Positions 46,875 through 56,602 of a stretch of 58,744 nucleotides of DNA are shown here, piece by piece. Within the stretch, counting starts at the first letter, position 1. Every line of letters starts with the position of its first letter. Position numbers and translations under genes: made by a program. Source of the DNA: Spirochaetaceae bacterium (GTDB taxonomy: Bacteria > Spirochaetota > Spirochaetia > DSM-27196 > SLAA01); assembly GCA_003556605.1 (NCBI GenBank), contig PWQX01000121.1:1-58744 (forward strand), read 5' to 3'. The notes below the pieces were generated by a model. The model was not told the DNA's origin. It saw nothing but the letters and a program-made list of their open reading frames with translations, and searched no databases.

Positions 46875-47498
46875 CTACGATCGCCCTTCCACCGCTTCCA
46901 CCGCGGCTACCGCGGCATCACGTGCGGCGAGAATATTGGACTCAGTTCCGCTCAGCCACATGCGCCCGTATACCCCCACCGAGGTGACGTGCATGATATT
47001 GATATCCGAGGCCTTCTCCGCTTCATTGGCAGCCAGGTTAATGTAGGCCGCCGGCGTACACTCGAGCACTAGCATGGTGCGTCCCGGCACCAGCATCATA
47101 CCGCGCGAGAAGCGGTTCAACAGCTGCGCCTGGTAGGGACTGACGTTGGTGATGACTTGTTCCGAAGCAATCTGCGGTTTGAGTTGGTCCTTCACGGTCA
47201 GACCCAACTCACGCAGTACCACCTGGCCTGCCTGGATCACGTCTTCCTGCGAATGCGAGTGAATCTCGAACATACCGTACTGGCGCTCGACGATCTGCGC
47301 GCCCGGCTTCGCGTTGGTTGCCTTCACCGCGTAATCCACTACCCGGAACACCCAGTTCCCGGGCGCCATCTCAACGTACAAACTGGCCATGCCTTCTACC
47401 GGCAGGTCGCCTTGAGTTATCGTTCCAACGAATGCTGCGTACTGTGGTTGCATGCGATCGAGATAACAGAAGGCTCGTAGCTCAAACTGGTCGGACAT
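46875..47498 (-). CDS. Tandem-domain BMC-T shell protein (CcmP/CsoS1D-like)
   Basis: 207 aa. ELRAFCYLDRMQPQYAAFVGT...VERQYGMFEIH...LVLECTPAAYINLAANEAEKASDINIMHV...GRMWLSG parallels the CcmP/CsoS1D pattern (ELRxYxFxDxLQPQ..., ..EPAGY...AANEAEK...). Confidence 0.8.
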   Translation of the reverse strand: MSDQFELRAFCYLDRMQPQYAAFVGTITQGDLPVEGMASLYVEMAPGNWVFRVVDYAVKATNAKPGAQIVERQYGMFEIHSHSQEDVIQAGQVVLRELGLTVKDQLKPQIASEQVITNVSPYQAQLLNRFSRGMMLVPGRTMLVLECTPAAYINLAANEAEKASDINIMHVTSVGVYGRMWLSGTESNILAARDAAVAAVEAVEGRS

Positions 47499-47531
47499 GT
47501 CTCACGCTCCTTGCGCGCGGCTCGCTGCCGG

Positions 47532-48428
47532 TCACGGACCTAAATCGTTCAGTGCGACTCCGAGCGGGGTAACGAACAACGGCCGCTCGGGCAATACGGT
47601 TCGTACTCCGGTGACCGATGCGATCACGCTGTCGATGCCGGGAAACGCGCAGGTTCCCCCGACAAGGTACACGACATCAACGTCGCGACCCCGGATATGG
47701 TTCAAGATAATACTGCCCATTTTCTCCATCACCGGCCGCACCATGGGGAACAGTGCTTGCTGCTCTCGGCGGTCGGTCTTGCGGCGCTCGGCGTCCTCAA
47801 ACGGTATTCGCAGGGCGCCCGAGATAACCAGCGATAGATGGGTTCCGCCGGTGGGTTCATCGGCAGTGTATACAACCGCGCCGTCGCGTACGATCGCGAT
47901 CCCGGTGGTGCCGCCGCCGATATCGACCACCGCACCGTTCTCGATTCCCAGCACTGCGTTCGCCGCGCTCGGCTCGTCGACGATAGTACTGCAGTCGAGC
48001 CCGGTTGACTCCAGTACGTAACGCGCCGCCTTAACCTCTGCCGGCGATACTCCCGGCGGATGACAGGTCGCCGCCCGCGTGAGGGTAAACCCGAGCGTGC
48101 GTTCGATCCGCCGTTTCAAGCCCGCCACCAGCTCGACTGCGCCGCGAAAATCCATCACCACACCGTCACGGATCACCTGCGCAAACTCGTAGGCGCCGGC
48201 GAGCGGGTGGTATGCTTCGTCGAGCACGAACAGCACGGTATAAGCGGTGCCGAGATCAACGCCGACGTGGACGGGTTTGTGTGCCGTGGCGCCGCTGCGC
48301 GCGGCACAGGAGGCGAGCGCGATGTCCGGAGTGTGCTCTATGCCGGCCCCGTCGCTGGGGATCACGACGTCGTCGGCGGCTCTAAGATAGCCGTCGAGGT
48401 CAATCTGTGGAAGCACTCTGGGCGCCAT
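47532..48428 (-). CDS. eutJ: EutJ-like actin/Hsp70-fold chaperone
   Basis: VGVDLGTAYTVLFV and VVDIGGGTTGIAIV phosphate-binding motifs, about 280-aa core, in eut context. Confidence 0.8.
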   Translation of the reverse strand: MAPRVLPQIDLDGYLRAADDVVIPSDGAGIEHTPDIALASCAARSGATAHKPVHVGVDLGTAYTVLFVLDEAYHPLAGAYEFAQVIRDGVVMDFRGAVELVAGLKRRIERTLGFTLTRAATCHPPGVSPAEVKAARYVLESTGLDCSTIVDEPSAANAVLGIENGAVVDIGGGTTGIAIVRDGAVVYTADEPTGGTHLSLVISGALRIPFEDAERRKTDRREQQALFPMVRPVMEKMGSIILNHIRGRDVDVVYLVGGTCAFPGIDSVIASVTGVRTVLPERPLFVTPLGVALNDLGP

Positions 48429-48430
48429 CG

Positions 48431-49210
48431 TTATGCCTGTCCTGCCTGGTAAACCAATTCAATATAATACACTGCGCTGCTTAGTCTGTTCATTGCCTCG
48501 ATCATGCGCGGTTGTTGGGCGGTACTGCCGGGCGTGGGAGCGTAGGCGTCAAGAGCGTATAACTCGGTCTCACGCGCGAGGCAGCGCAGGTAGTTCAGAT
48601 GCAGCATCAGCGGTGACCCGGTACTCGAGGCGACCACGTGCGGTGTGCCGAGCTCCTGCTGCGGTTGGTGTGTTGCCGCACGCAAGGCGGCTTCATCTCG
48701 GCCGTCGATCTCGAGAGGCGCCGGGGGCCGTTCGTGATACTCGGCGCTGAGTAACTCACGAATGTACGCTGCGAGCGTCTCAATCAGCAGTAACAGCCGT
48801 TGTTGTCGGTGTTGCGCGGCAAGCGAGCCGGTCAGTAGACAGATCGCGTGCAGCGTGTCGAGCTTCCCGCGCAGACGAATGCGCGGCGAGTTCTTTGGGA
48901 CAAAGGTATGCGGGTTCAGTTGGGTCTCGTGCTCGCGTTTCGGATACCCCGCTGTTGTCTCGGTGAACCGCACCGGAAACGAGGCTGGTTTCTTCCACCG
49001 TGGTTCGCTCGCCGCACCGTGGTCTCGCGCTTCGCCACCGGCGCCCGATGCCTGGCTCGATGCGGCGGGTTCGCGCTCGATTGAGATGCCCCAGGCGGCG
49101 ATGAACTCTTCGGCCGCAGGCGACAGACGCGCGGCCGCCGGTAGACTGATAGTCATGCCGTGTTGAGGATGTCGAACTCTATCTCGTAAAGTCTGTTCGG
49201 TTACGTACAC
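48431..49210 (-). CDS. Ethanolamine-utilisation cob(I)alamin adenosyltransferase (PduO/Cob_adeno_trans-like)
   Basis: SPRIRLRGKLDTLHA, LNYLRCLARETE and MNRLSSAVYYIEL resemble the helical-bundle adenosyltransferases found in Firmicute eut operons. It carries an extra N-terminal ~45-aa module. Called by eye only. Confidence 0.6.
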   Translation of the reverse strand: MYVTEQTLRDRVRHPQHGMTISLPAAARLSPAAEEFIAAWGISIEREPAASSQASGAGGEARDHGAASEPRWKKPASFPVRFTETTAGYPKREHETQLNPHTFVPKNSPRIRLRGKLDTLHAICLLTGSLAAQHRQQRLLLLIETLAAYIRELLSAEYHERPPAPLEIDGRDEAALRAATHQPQQELGTPHVVASSTGSPLMLHLNYLRCLARETELYALDAYAPTPGSTAQQPRMIEAMNRLSSAVYYIELVYQAGQA

Positions 49211-49292
49211 ACTCAGTCCACCTTGCTGCGATCGCTCTTGCGACTGTGCGGCCCTGCGTCGACGTAAGCTGCCGGCTCGTGCACCGCGCCGG

Positions 49293-49898
49293 CTACGCCC
49301 AGTCTGCCGGGTAGGTTACGTATAACAACTTCACCCAACTCGGTGTGGCAAACTCGATTTCGGAACCTTTCGGAACAAACAGCACATCACCCGGCCTACC
49401 AATGAGCGTCTTTTCGCGCATTACGATATGTAGCTCACCCTCGATCACGTACTGCACCTCGTCGTACGTCAGCTTCCACGGGAACGAGCCCTTGCGGAAG
49501 CTCAAAAAGCCTGCCCCCATCGGCGATCCGTGCTTTGAAGTAACTACGTCCTCGGCGCGAACGTCCATGTGCGGGCTCCCAACGTCGAACGGAAAAGGCT
49601 GCAACTCAACGGCACGGCCATCAATCCGGGTAGCCGCCGCGGCACGTTCGCGCTTCTCGCTATGCGCAGTTCTCCCGCTCTCGGTCCCGACCGGTACCGG
49701 AGCAGTTAGCCCGCCGCTGCCGACAGCGTGTGCGGCGGGCGGGTCTGCATCGGTGGCGCGTACAATACGAAGCCGCGCCTGCTGCGCCGCATCGCGTGCG
49801 AGCGGTGTGACGATGTCGTCCTTACCAATCACGAACGTCTTCTCGCCACGTGCGGCGATTGCTCGAATATCCTGTTCGGTGTACAGCCGCTTGTTCAT
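49293..49898 (-). CDS. eutQ: EutQ (cupin-domain ethanolamine utilisation protein)
   Basis: C-terminal cupin (GFLSFRKGSFPWKLTYDEVQYVIEGELHI...GDVLFVPKGSEIEF). N-terminal module YTEQDIRAIAARGEKTFVIGKDDIVTPLARDAA. Confidence 0.8.
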   Translation of the reverse strand: MNKRLYTEQDIRAIAARGEKTFVIGKDDIVTPLARDAAQQARLRIVRATDADPPAAHAVGSGGLTAPVPVGTESGRTAHSEKRERAAAATRIDGRAVELQPFPFDVGSPHMDVRAEDVVTSKHGSPMGAGFLSFRKGSFPWKLTYDEVQYVIEGELHIVMREKTLIGRPGDVLFVPKGSEIEFATPSWVKLLYVTYPADWA

Positions 49899-49930
49899 CG
49901 CGCCCCCCTACGCCGGCTCGCGCCGGCGCA

Positions 49931-50245
49931 CTACTCCGACTTTTTCGACGCGACAGGCTTTGAGTCACTCGGCAAGATGGCTTCCACGTCGCCGTGTGGG
50001 CGCGGGATCACGTGCACGCTCACCAATTCTCCGACACGCTGCGCCGCTGCGGCACCGGCATCGGTTGCCGCCTTCACCGCACCGACATCGCCGCGCACCA
50101 TAACGGTGACGTAACCGCCGCCGATCTGCTCCTTGCCGAGCAGTTTCACATTGGCGGCCTTGACCATTGCATCGGCGGCCTCAACGGCGCCGACGAGCCC
50201 TTTGGTTTCGACCAAGCCGAGTGCAATCATCTGAACGTCTGCCAT
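49931..50245 (-). CDS. eutM: BMC-H shell protein (EutM/PduA type), copy 2 with basic C-terminal tail
   Basis: [27 protein letters not shown]...[23 protein letters not shown]...VHVIPRPH. Second ATG (50245) chosen for SD spacing. Confidence 0.9.
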   Translation of the reverse strand: MADVQMIALGLVETKGLVGAVEAADAMVKAANVKLLGKEQIGGGYVTVMVRGDVGAVKAATDAGAAAAQRVGELVSVHVIPRPHGDVEAILPSDSKPVASKKSE

Positions 50246-50273
50246 TGTCATCTCCTTACGCTTAGGCTGATAG

Positions 50274-51800
50274 CTATCTATTGAGTTCTGTTAGTACGCG
50301 TCTCACGATTTCACGTACCAGCTCATCTTCGCTGCGGTTGCCTGGACCGCATGGGCCCGCCGACCCCGCCGCGCCGCCGGCCGCTGAAGCGGTAACTTCG
50401 GCCGGTGTGACATCCGGGGCCAGTGTGTACGCCTGTGGCGGCGGAGCGGAGGTCTCGTACGCCAAGCGCTTGATGTTTAACAGGTGCCGCGTGCTGATGT
50501 TGTCGCTGACCACGGCCCCGCCGGCGCCACCGGGTGCGAGCGTCATCGAAGGCACCAGGCCGGTTGTCGCGCCAACCGCGCCGAGCGTGCCCCAGGTGTT
50601 CACGATGATGCGAAAAGCCGGTTTCTCAATTCCAAACGCCATGATGACCTCTTCATCACGCGCGTGGATCACCAGCGAGTGTCCGTCACCGCCGAACTTC
50701 AGAAGCTCGATGCAGCGTTCGCAGCCGGTACGCCAGTCGTTCTCAACGTAAAAGCCCAGGACCGTGGTAAGCTTCTCGCGGCTCAGCGGATACCCACGCC
50801 CCACCCCGGCCAGATCCGCGACGAGAACGCGCGCAGTTTGCGGCACCGTGATGCCGGCTAAGCGGGCGAGCTGCTGCGGACTCTTCCCGACACTTTCGGG
50901 CCGAATACCGCCTTCGGAGGTGAACAGGGTGTGTTCAATCGCGGCTCTCTGCGAATCGTCCAGCCAGTACGCGCCGTGGCGCTGCATCTCGCTCTTGAGT
51001 TGGCCGGCGATCTCGCGGTGGGCTACCACCGCTTGCTCGGTGGCACAGATCACCGAGCAGTCGAAGGCTTTGCTGTTGACGATGTCGCACGCGGCTTTGG
51101 CCACATTGGCGCTCTTGTCCACGTAAGCCGGAACATTCCCGGGCCCGACTCCAATCGCCGGCTTGCCGGCGCTGTGCGCTGCGCGCACCATCGGAGTGCC
51201 GCCGGTAGCGAGAATCAACGAGACTGCGTAGTGTTTCATCAGCTCTTGGCTTCCGGCGAGGGTGATGGTTTTCAAGCACGACACCAGTCCCACCGGCATA
51301 CCGGCCGCCTCACCGGCCTCAGCCATGACGCGTACGGTTTCCAAGCTGCAGTGCTTAGCGTTTGGATGCGGGCTGACCACGATACCGTTGCGCGCCTTTA
51401 CCGCAATCAGGACCTTGTACATCGCTGTGGAGGTTGGGTTGGTCGACGGCGTGAGTGCGGCGATTACGCCGACCGGCCAGGCGATCTCAACCACGCGGTG
51501 CGCCTCATCGCGGTGGATCACCCCAACTGTTGGTTCGCTCTTGATTGAGTTCCAGACATCGCGGCTCGAGAATTGATTCTTGATCGTCTTGTGCACCGCA
51601 ACGCCGTATCCGGTTTCTTCGCTCGCCATAACTCCCAGTCGTTCCGACTCGTGGTACGCCGCATCGGCCATCGCTGCGCAGATGCGGTCGACCTCCTCTT
51701 GACCGGCCGAAGCAAAGCGGCGTTGGGCCTCGCGTGCCGCCACTGCACATCGGCGCGCGTCTTGGATCGACTGGAGATCAAGATCGTAGCTGTCGTTCAT
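50274..51800 (-). CDS. eutE: CoA-acylating acetaldehyde dehydrogenase EutE
   Basis: Aldehyde-dehydrogenase fold with catalytic Cys context ([12 protein letters not shown]) and eut context. C-terminal Gly/Ala linker plus an amphipathic helix. GGAGGTAAGGAG RBS before ATG 51800. Confidence 0.85.
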   Translation of the reverse strand: MNDSYDLDLQSIQDARRCAVAAREAQRRFASAGQEEVDRICAAMADAAYHESERLGVMASEETGYGVAVHKTIKNQFSSRDVWNSIKSEPTVGVIHRDEAHRVVEIAWPVGVIAALTPSTNPTSTAMYKVLIAVKARNGIVVSPHPNAKHCSLETVRVMAEAGEAAGMPVGLVSCLKTITLAGSQELMKHYAVSLILATGGTPMVRAAHSAGKPAIGVGPGNVPAYVDKSANVAKAACDIVNSKAFDCSVICATEQAVVAHREIAGQLKSEMQRHGAYWLDDSQRAAIEHTLFTSEGGIRPESVGKSPQQLARLAGITVPQTARVLVADLAGVGRGYPLSREKLTTVLGFYVENDWRTGCERCIELLKFGGDGHSLVIHARDEEVIMAFGIEKPAFRIIVNTWGTLGAVGATTGLVPSMTLAPGGAGGAVVSDNISTRHLLNIKRLAYETSAPPPQAYTLAPDVTPAEVTASAAGGAAGSAGPCGPGNRSEDELVREIVRRVLTELNR

Positions 51801-51839
51801 GCGCTGCTCCTTACCTCCGGCACGCTCTGCCGGTCCCAC

Positions 51840-52496
51840 TCAGAACTTCAGTGGGCTACAGCCGACCTCCAGCACGGCGTCTTGAAACGCTTGGCACGCA
51901 GCTTTACACGCGCTCTGGGTTCCCACCATAAGCGCACCGGCAAAGTTGGTTTCCGAAGGCGGCTTCCACCAGATCTTGATCTCCACCTCGGCGGCCTTCA
52001 GCGCGGCGTCGATCGCATAGGAGGCCTCGATTGGCGGAGCGATCAAGTACGCCATGGGGGTGCCTTCCGATACACCCGCTTCCTTCGAGAGATAGCTGCC
52101 GGAGCGCGATATGGTATGCGGGAAGAACGCGATGGAGTCCTCGTCGTTCGCCGAGTAGAACCAGGCCTGCTCCTCGGCGTAGGCGATGCAGGCGTTTAAC
52201 CCGGATCGTACCTCCGCGGGGTCCGGCCCGGCTAGGATACCGATAATCTCACCCGACAGCGGGCCGGAGGCGTGAGCGGCGCCGGCATAGAAGCTGTGCG
52301 CGTAGACCACCTCTACCGCTGCCATCTTGGTGGCCTCATCGAGTGCTGTGTACAACGAGTCGTCGATGTTGCAGGTGATCAGGCCGATACTGCGTTGGTC
52401 GCCTCGCAAGCCAAGCTCTTTGGCGTAAGACGGATGCACGTTCGGTATCATCCGGGCTGCGAGAATCTCGGGCTTGATCGGGTCAAGGGCTGCCAT
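51840..52496 (-). CDS. eutL: BMC-T shell protein EutL
   Basis: 218 aa. Tandem permuted BMC domains. IGLITCNIDDSLYTALDEATK and LIAPPIEASYAIDAALKAA are typical of EutL. Confidence 0.9.
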   Translation of the reverse strand: MAALDPIKPEILAARMIPNVHPSYAKELGLRGDQRSIGLITCNIDDSLYTALDEATKMAAVEVVYAHSFYAGAAHASGPLSGEIIGILAGPDPAEVRSGLNACIAYAEEQAWFYSANDEDSIAFFPHTISRSGSYLSKEAGVSEGTPMAYLIAPPIEASYAIDAALKAAEVEIKIWWKPPSETNFAGALMVGTQSACKAACQAFQDAVLEVGCSPLKF

Positions 52497-52499
52497 GGG

Positions 52500-53417
52500 T
52501 TATCCCTCCTTTGAGATCTTCAGGCGGAGCTCAATACCGCTGGCCTGATACTTGAGATATTTCTTCACCTGTTCGACGATGTACGCTCCAGCCTCGAGCG
52601 GGTTGGTTCCCCCGCTGTTGGTGATCATACAGAACGCGTCGCGGTCGCCGTCGGTTTTACCCTGCGTCGGCTTGTAGCCCATGTACGCACTCATCGCATC
52701 GGCTACACCGAGTCCGGGCCGTTCGCCGATCAAAAGGATTACCACATCGGCGCCGAAAACGTCGTTGACGGCATTCATAATTCCGACCCGGCAGAACTTC
52801 ACGAAGAACGGCGTTCCGGAGGAGATGTTGGCCGAGCTCAGACCCTGTTCAATCACCGGGAGAATAGACTCGAGATTGTTGTTGATTGCCGCTGCGCTGA
52901 GGCCGTCGCCGACCACGATCTGCACCTGGGGGCTCTTCTTGCATTTCTGCTCGATCAGCCGGCGGCCTTCGTCCGAAAGGCGGCGTCCGAGGTCAGGGCG
53001 CAGGAGGTAAGTGTCGCGATCGTCGATCTGCGACTGCACAGTGAACAGGTTGCAGCGCTCGAGTACCGCCTCGTCCACCTCGCTGTAGATTGCGTCCTGG
53101 GTCACGCCGTGATCGGCTTGAAACCGCAGGAGTGCACTGGTCTTTGGACGCGGGCCGGCACGTCCCACTCCAACGCGCGCTGTGGTTGCCGCCATGAGGT
53201 TGCGCAGCCCCTCGGCATCGTAGGGATGTTCTACCCCCGGAACCATGCGTGCCTCTTTGGTGGTAGGGTCGGGCAGGTCAATAACTAATTCACCGTTAGT
53301 GGTGCTTGCCCTGCTGCCGGAAGCCGGGTTTGCCCCTGCGGCGTTGCCGTTCTGTTTCTTGATTTCGGCGATAACGGCTTTGACAATGCTGTCGATATCC
53401 TCTCGCATCATATTCAC
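52500..53417 (-). CDS. eutC: Ethanolamine ammonia-lyase small subunit EutC
   Basis: TARVGVGRAGPRPKT, QIVVGDGLSA and LLIGERPGLG motifs, plus an N-terminal amphipathic extension. Confidence 0.9.
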   Translation of the reverse strand: MNMMREDIDSIVKAVIAEIKKQNGNAAGANPASGSRASTTNGELVIDLPDPTTKEARMVPGVEHPYDAEGLRNLMAATTARVGVGRAGPRPKTSALLRFQADHGVTQDAIYSEVDEAVLERCNLFTVQSQIDDRDTYLLRPDLGRRLSDEGRRLIEQKCKKSPQVQIVVGDGLSAAAINNNLESILPVIEQGLSSANISSGTPFFVKFCRVGIMNAVNDVFGADVVILLIGERPGLGVADAMSAYMGYKPTQGKTDGDRDAFCMITNSGGTNPLEAGAYIVEQVKKYLKYQASGIELRLKISKEG

Positions 53418-53420
53418 TCC

Positions 53421-54788
53421 TTATCGCTGCAAGAAGAACGAGGCGTCGCCGGCTTTCGCGGTGAGCACCCCGTTCTCCATCAGCCCGATCTCTTCCATCC
53501 AAGCCTCGAACTCGGGTAACGGCCGCATCCGCAGCAGTTGTCTCAGACTTGCCGCGTCGTTGAAGCTGGTACACTGATAGCTCAGCATGGGGTCATCACC
53601 GAGCGGCACGCCCATGAAATAGTTGCAGCCCGCTGCGGTCAACAGTACTGCGAGGTTCTCAATATCGTTCTGGGTAGCCTTGGCGTGGTTGGTGTAGCAC
53701 GCGTCACATCCCATCGAGATGCCGGTCAGTTTGCCCATGAAGTGGTCTTCTAAGCCGGCACGGGTAATCTGCACCGCGTCCATGAGGTACTCAGGGCCGA
53801 TAAACCCCACTACGGTGTTCACCTGGAATGGGTTGTAGCGTTTACCAAACCCGTAGGCGCGAGCTTCCAGAACCAGCTGATCGGCATCGTGATGCGCGTC
53901 GGCCGAAAGCGCCGACCCCTGTCCGGTCTCGAAGTACATGTAGTTTGGGCCCGGTGTAAAGCAATATTTCCGTGCCGCTTCGTAGGCCTCGTCCATCATT
54001 TTCACGTCGATACCGAACGACTTATTGGCGGCCTCACTGCCGGCAATACTCTGAAAGATTAGCCCCGACGGCGCTCCTTTCCGGATCGCCTCTACCTGTG
54101 TAGTGACGTGTGCGAGAATGCAGTTCTGCGTCGGTATCTCCCAGCGCTGAATGACGTCGTACGTCATCTCGAGCAACTGGGTGACGCTGCTGAGCGAGTC
54201 GTCTACCGGGTTGATCCCGATTACGCTGTCGCCCGAGCCGAAGCTCAGTCCGTCAAACACCTCGGCCCGGATGCCCTCAACCGAGTCGGTGGGGTGATTG
54301 GGCTGGTTGCGTGACGCTAAGGTCCCCTCCAGCCCGATCGTGTTGGCGCAGTGCGAAACGATGCGAACCTTACGTGCGGCGCTCATGAGGTCGAGGTTCG
54401 ACATCAGCTTAGCGACAGCCGCAATCATCTCCGCGGTAAGCCCACGGCTTGCGCGTTTGATCATGTCGCCGGTGGTAGTGTCGGCGAGCAGCCACTCGCG
54501 AAACGAGCCGACTGTCCAGTCTTTGATCTCGTTGTAGATCGTCAGGTTCACCGCGTCTATGATGATCCGGGTGACTTCGTCCTGTTCGTACGGGACGACC
54601 GGATTCTCGTAGAGAACCCACAACGGGACCTCGGCGAGCACATGCTTTGCGGCCATGCGTTCGGCGACGCTCTCGGCGACGATTCCAGCTTGGCGGTCGC
54701 CCGACTTCTCTTCGTTCGCCTTTGCGAGAAGCTCTTTGATGCTCCCAAACTCGTAGGTTTCGTTAAACAGCCTCGTTCGTAATACCAT
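53421..54788 (-). CDS. eutB: Ethanolamine ammonia-lyase large subunit EutB
   Basis: The N-terminus MVLRTRLFNETYEFGSIKELLAKANEEKSGD parallels enterobacterial EutB. About 455 aa. GAGGAG RBS. Confidence 0.95.
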   Translation of the reverse strand: MVLRTRLFNETYEFGSIKELLAKANEEKSGDRQAGIVAESVAERMAAKHVLAEVPLWVLYENPVVPYEQDEVTRIIIDAVNLTIYNEIKDWTVGSFREWLLADTTTGDMIKRASRGLTAEMIAAVAKLMSNLDLMSAARKVRIVSHCANTIGLEGTLASRNQPNHPTDSVEGIRAEVFDGLSFGSGDSVIGINPVDDSLSSVTQLLEMTYDVIQRWEIPTQNCILAHVTTQVEAIRKGAPSGLIFQSIAGSEAANKSFGIDVKMMDEAYEAARKYCFTPGPNYMYFETGQGSALSADAHHDADQLVLEARAYGFGKRYNPFQVNTVVGFIGPEYLMDAVQITRAGLEDHFMGKLTGISMGCDACYTNHAKATQNDIENLAVLLTAAGCNYFMGVPLGDDPMLSYQCTSFNDAASLRQLLRMRPLPEFEAWMEEIGLMENGVLTAKAGDASFFLQR

Positions 54789-54799
54789 ACCGGTACTCC

Positions 54800-56251
54800 T
54801 CACTCATAGAAGATCAAGGTCTTGATCGACAGCGGCACAACACGGCCTCCGAGGATCGGGACCCCAATATCGATGAAATCGCCTTCGCCAAGTCCGACCT
54901 GGTCGATACTGATCACCTGCATGTCCGGCCGGCTCCCGGCTAGGGTCTGGCCGATCACCTGCGCGTAGTCGTGCTCAAGGATCAGCACGAGCGGATTGCC
55001 TGCGAGAACCTGCGGACCGGCAAACTCAGTCAGTCCCCTTACCACCTGCTGCAGCGTAGCGTAGTCTAAGCGGTGGGGAAGCTCGAGCACGAGCGCAAAC
55101 CCGGTGTGCTCGCGGGTAATGTCCCAGCGCCGAACCGCTTCTAAGAACCGCTCGGCAAGGTATGCGGCGTCGGTGAGCCGTGCGGTGTCGACCTGCGGAT
55201 CGATCACTGCCAGGTTGCGCAGCGGCAGGATTACAGGGTTCGCCCAGATGGTGCTGCCGCTCAAGGTCACCGTTTGTCCCGCCGCCCCCAGCACCGTTGC
55301 CCGCAGCGTTTCTGGCGGCTGCTTGACGGTGACCGAACGCAGTTCGCCGTGCAGGCGCAACTGCTGCGCGAACAAGGGCCCAAGATCCTCGTGGTTCACG
55401 ATGTCCGAAAGGCTTCCGACCGGGACGGGGTTGTAGTAGTACGTTGCGACACCGCCGGAAAAGAACAGGACTTGCGAGGACTCTGCCTCGCGCAGCGGTG
55501 GTGTCAGCTGTAGCTCGCGTCCAAGGTCACTCAGGCGTCCGAAGGCGAGATCCACCGTGAGGTCGGCCATGCAACTGCAGAAACACTGTAGAGCGCTGAG
55601 CTCAGCGGGTTTGCCTTCGCGAATCGGCAGGCCCAAGGCTTCGATGATGCGGCGTCCCGGCGGAGCGACGTGCCGCACGAGGCCGGAGGTAGGCTCTATC
55701 TGAATCTGTCTGCCGCCCACCGCCAGTCCTGAGGAGCTGATGTGCTCTCCGGCGCGAAACACCGCCGCGTTAGAGCTTCCGCCGCCGATATCCACGTTGG
55801 TAACCTGTGTGTAATGGCGGCGGGAGTACGCTGCCGCTCCCGACCCTCGCGCGGCAATCTGCGCCTCGACGTTGGGCCCGGCTACGGTGACCACGAAATC
55901 ACCGGCCAACTCACTTAAGCTGTCGAGGATGACTTCTGCGTTCTTGGCGCGTGCAATCTCACCGGTGATAATAACCGCTCCAGTCTCGATCTGAGAGGGC
56001 GTGATCACCGCCATGCGGTACTCCTCTTCCACCATCTTCACCAGCGTGTCCGCATCAAGCTCATCCGGCCCCAAGAGCGGGGTGAAGCGGATATCGCTTT
56101 GATAGAGGATCTCTCGGTCGGTGACCTGAATGCGCGGGATACTGCCGGACCTTGCCGTATCGCGTAGCTCCAGCCGCGAGAAGACGACTTGGGTTGTGGT
56201 GGTTCCGACATCGATACCTACGCTTAGCATCGAATAAGGAGAGCCTGACAT
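54800..56251 (-). CDS. eutA: Ethanolamine ammonia-lyase reactivase EutA
   Basis: LSVGIDVGTTTTQVVFSRLEL and NVDIGGGSSN ASKHA-fold motifs. About 480 aa, immediately upstream of eutB. Confidence 0.9.
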   Translation of the reverse strand: MSGSPYSMLSVGIDVGTTTTQVVFSRLELRDTARSGSIPRIQVTDREILYQSDIRFTPLLGPDELDADTLVKMVEEEYRMAVITPSQIETGAVIITGEIARAKNAEVILDSLSELAGDFVVTVAGPNVEAQIAARGSGAAAYSRRHYTQVTNVDIGGGSSNAAVFRAGEHISSSGLAVGGRQIQIEPTSGLVRHVAPPGRRIIEALGLPIREGKPAELSALQCFCSCMADLTVDLAFGRLSDLGRELQLTPPLREAESSQVLFFSGGVATYYYNPVPVGSLSDIVNHEDLGPLFAQQLRLHGELRSVTVKQPPETLRATVLGAAGQTVTLSGSTIWANPVILPLRNLAVIDPQVDTARLTDAAYLAERFLEAVRRWDITREHTGFALVLELPHRLDYATLQQVVRGLTEFAGPQVLAGNPLVLILEHDYAQVIGQTLAGSRPDMQVISIDQVGLGEGDFIDIGVPILGGRVVPLSIKTLIFYE

Positions 56252-56275
56252 CGGTGGTCCACGCCCGTTGTGGGC

Positions 56276-56557
56276 TTAGTTTTTCGGCAAAATTGTCTCG
56301 ACGTCGGAATGCGGCCGGGGGATGACGTGGACGCTCACGAGCTCGCCGACGCGTTGCGCGGCTGCCGCCCCTGCGTCGGTAGCAGCTTTTACCGCCCCAA
56401 CATCACCGCGAACCATCACGGTAACATAACCGCCGCCTATGTACTCTTTACCGATCAGCGTGACGTTGGCTGCTTTCACCATCGCATCGGCCGCCTCGAC
56501 TGCAGCTACCAGCCCCTTTGTCTCGGTCATACCGAGCGCAATCATCTGAACATCCAT
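56276..56557 (-). CDS. eutM: BMC-H shell protein (EutM/PduA type), copy 1
   Basis: 93 aa. [27 protein letters not shown]...[23 protein letters not shown]. Confidence 0.9.
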   Translation of the reverse strand: MDVQMIALGMTETKGLVAAVEAADAMVKAANVTLIGKEYIGGGYVTVMVRGDVGAVKAATDAGAAAAQRVGELVSVHVIPRPHSDVETILPKN

Positions 56558-56602
56558 TCATCCTCTCCTTTTCAGAAATCCTGCGTAGTTCCCGGAAAAG
56601 TC

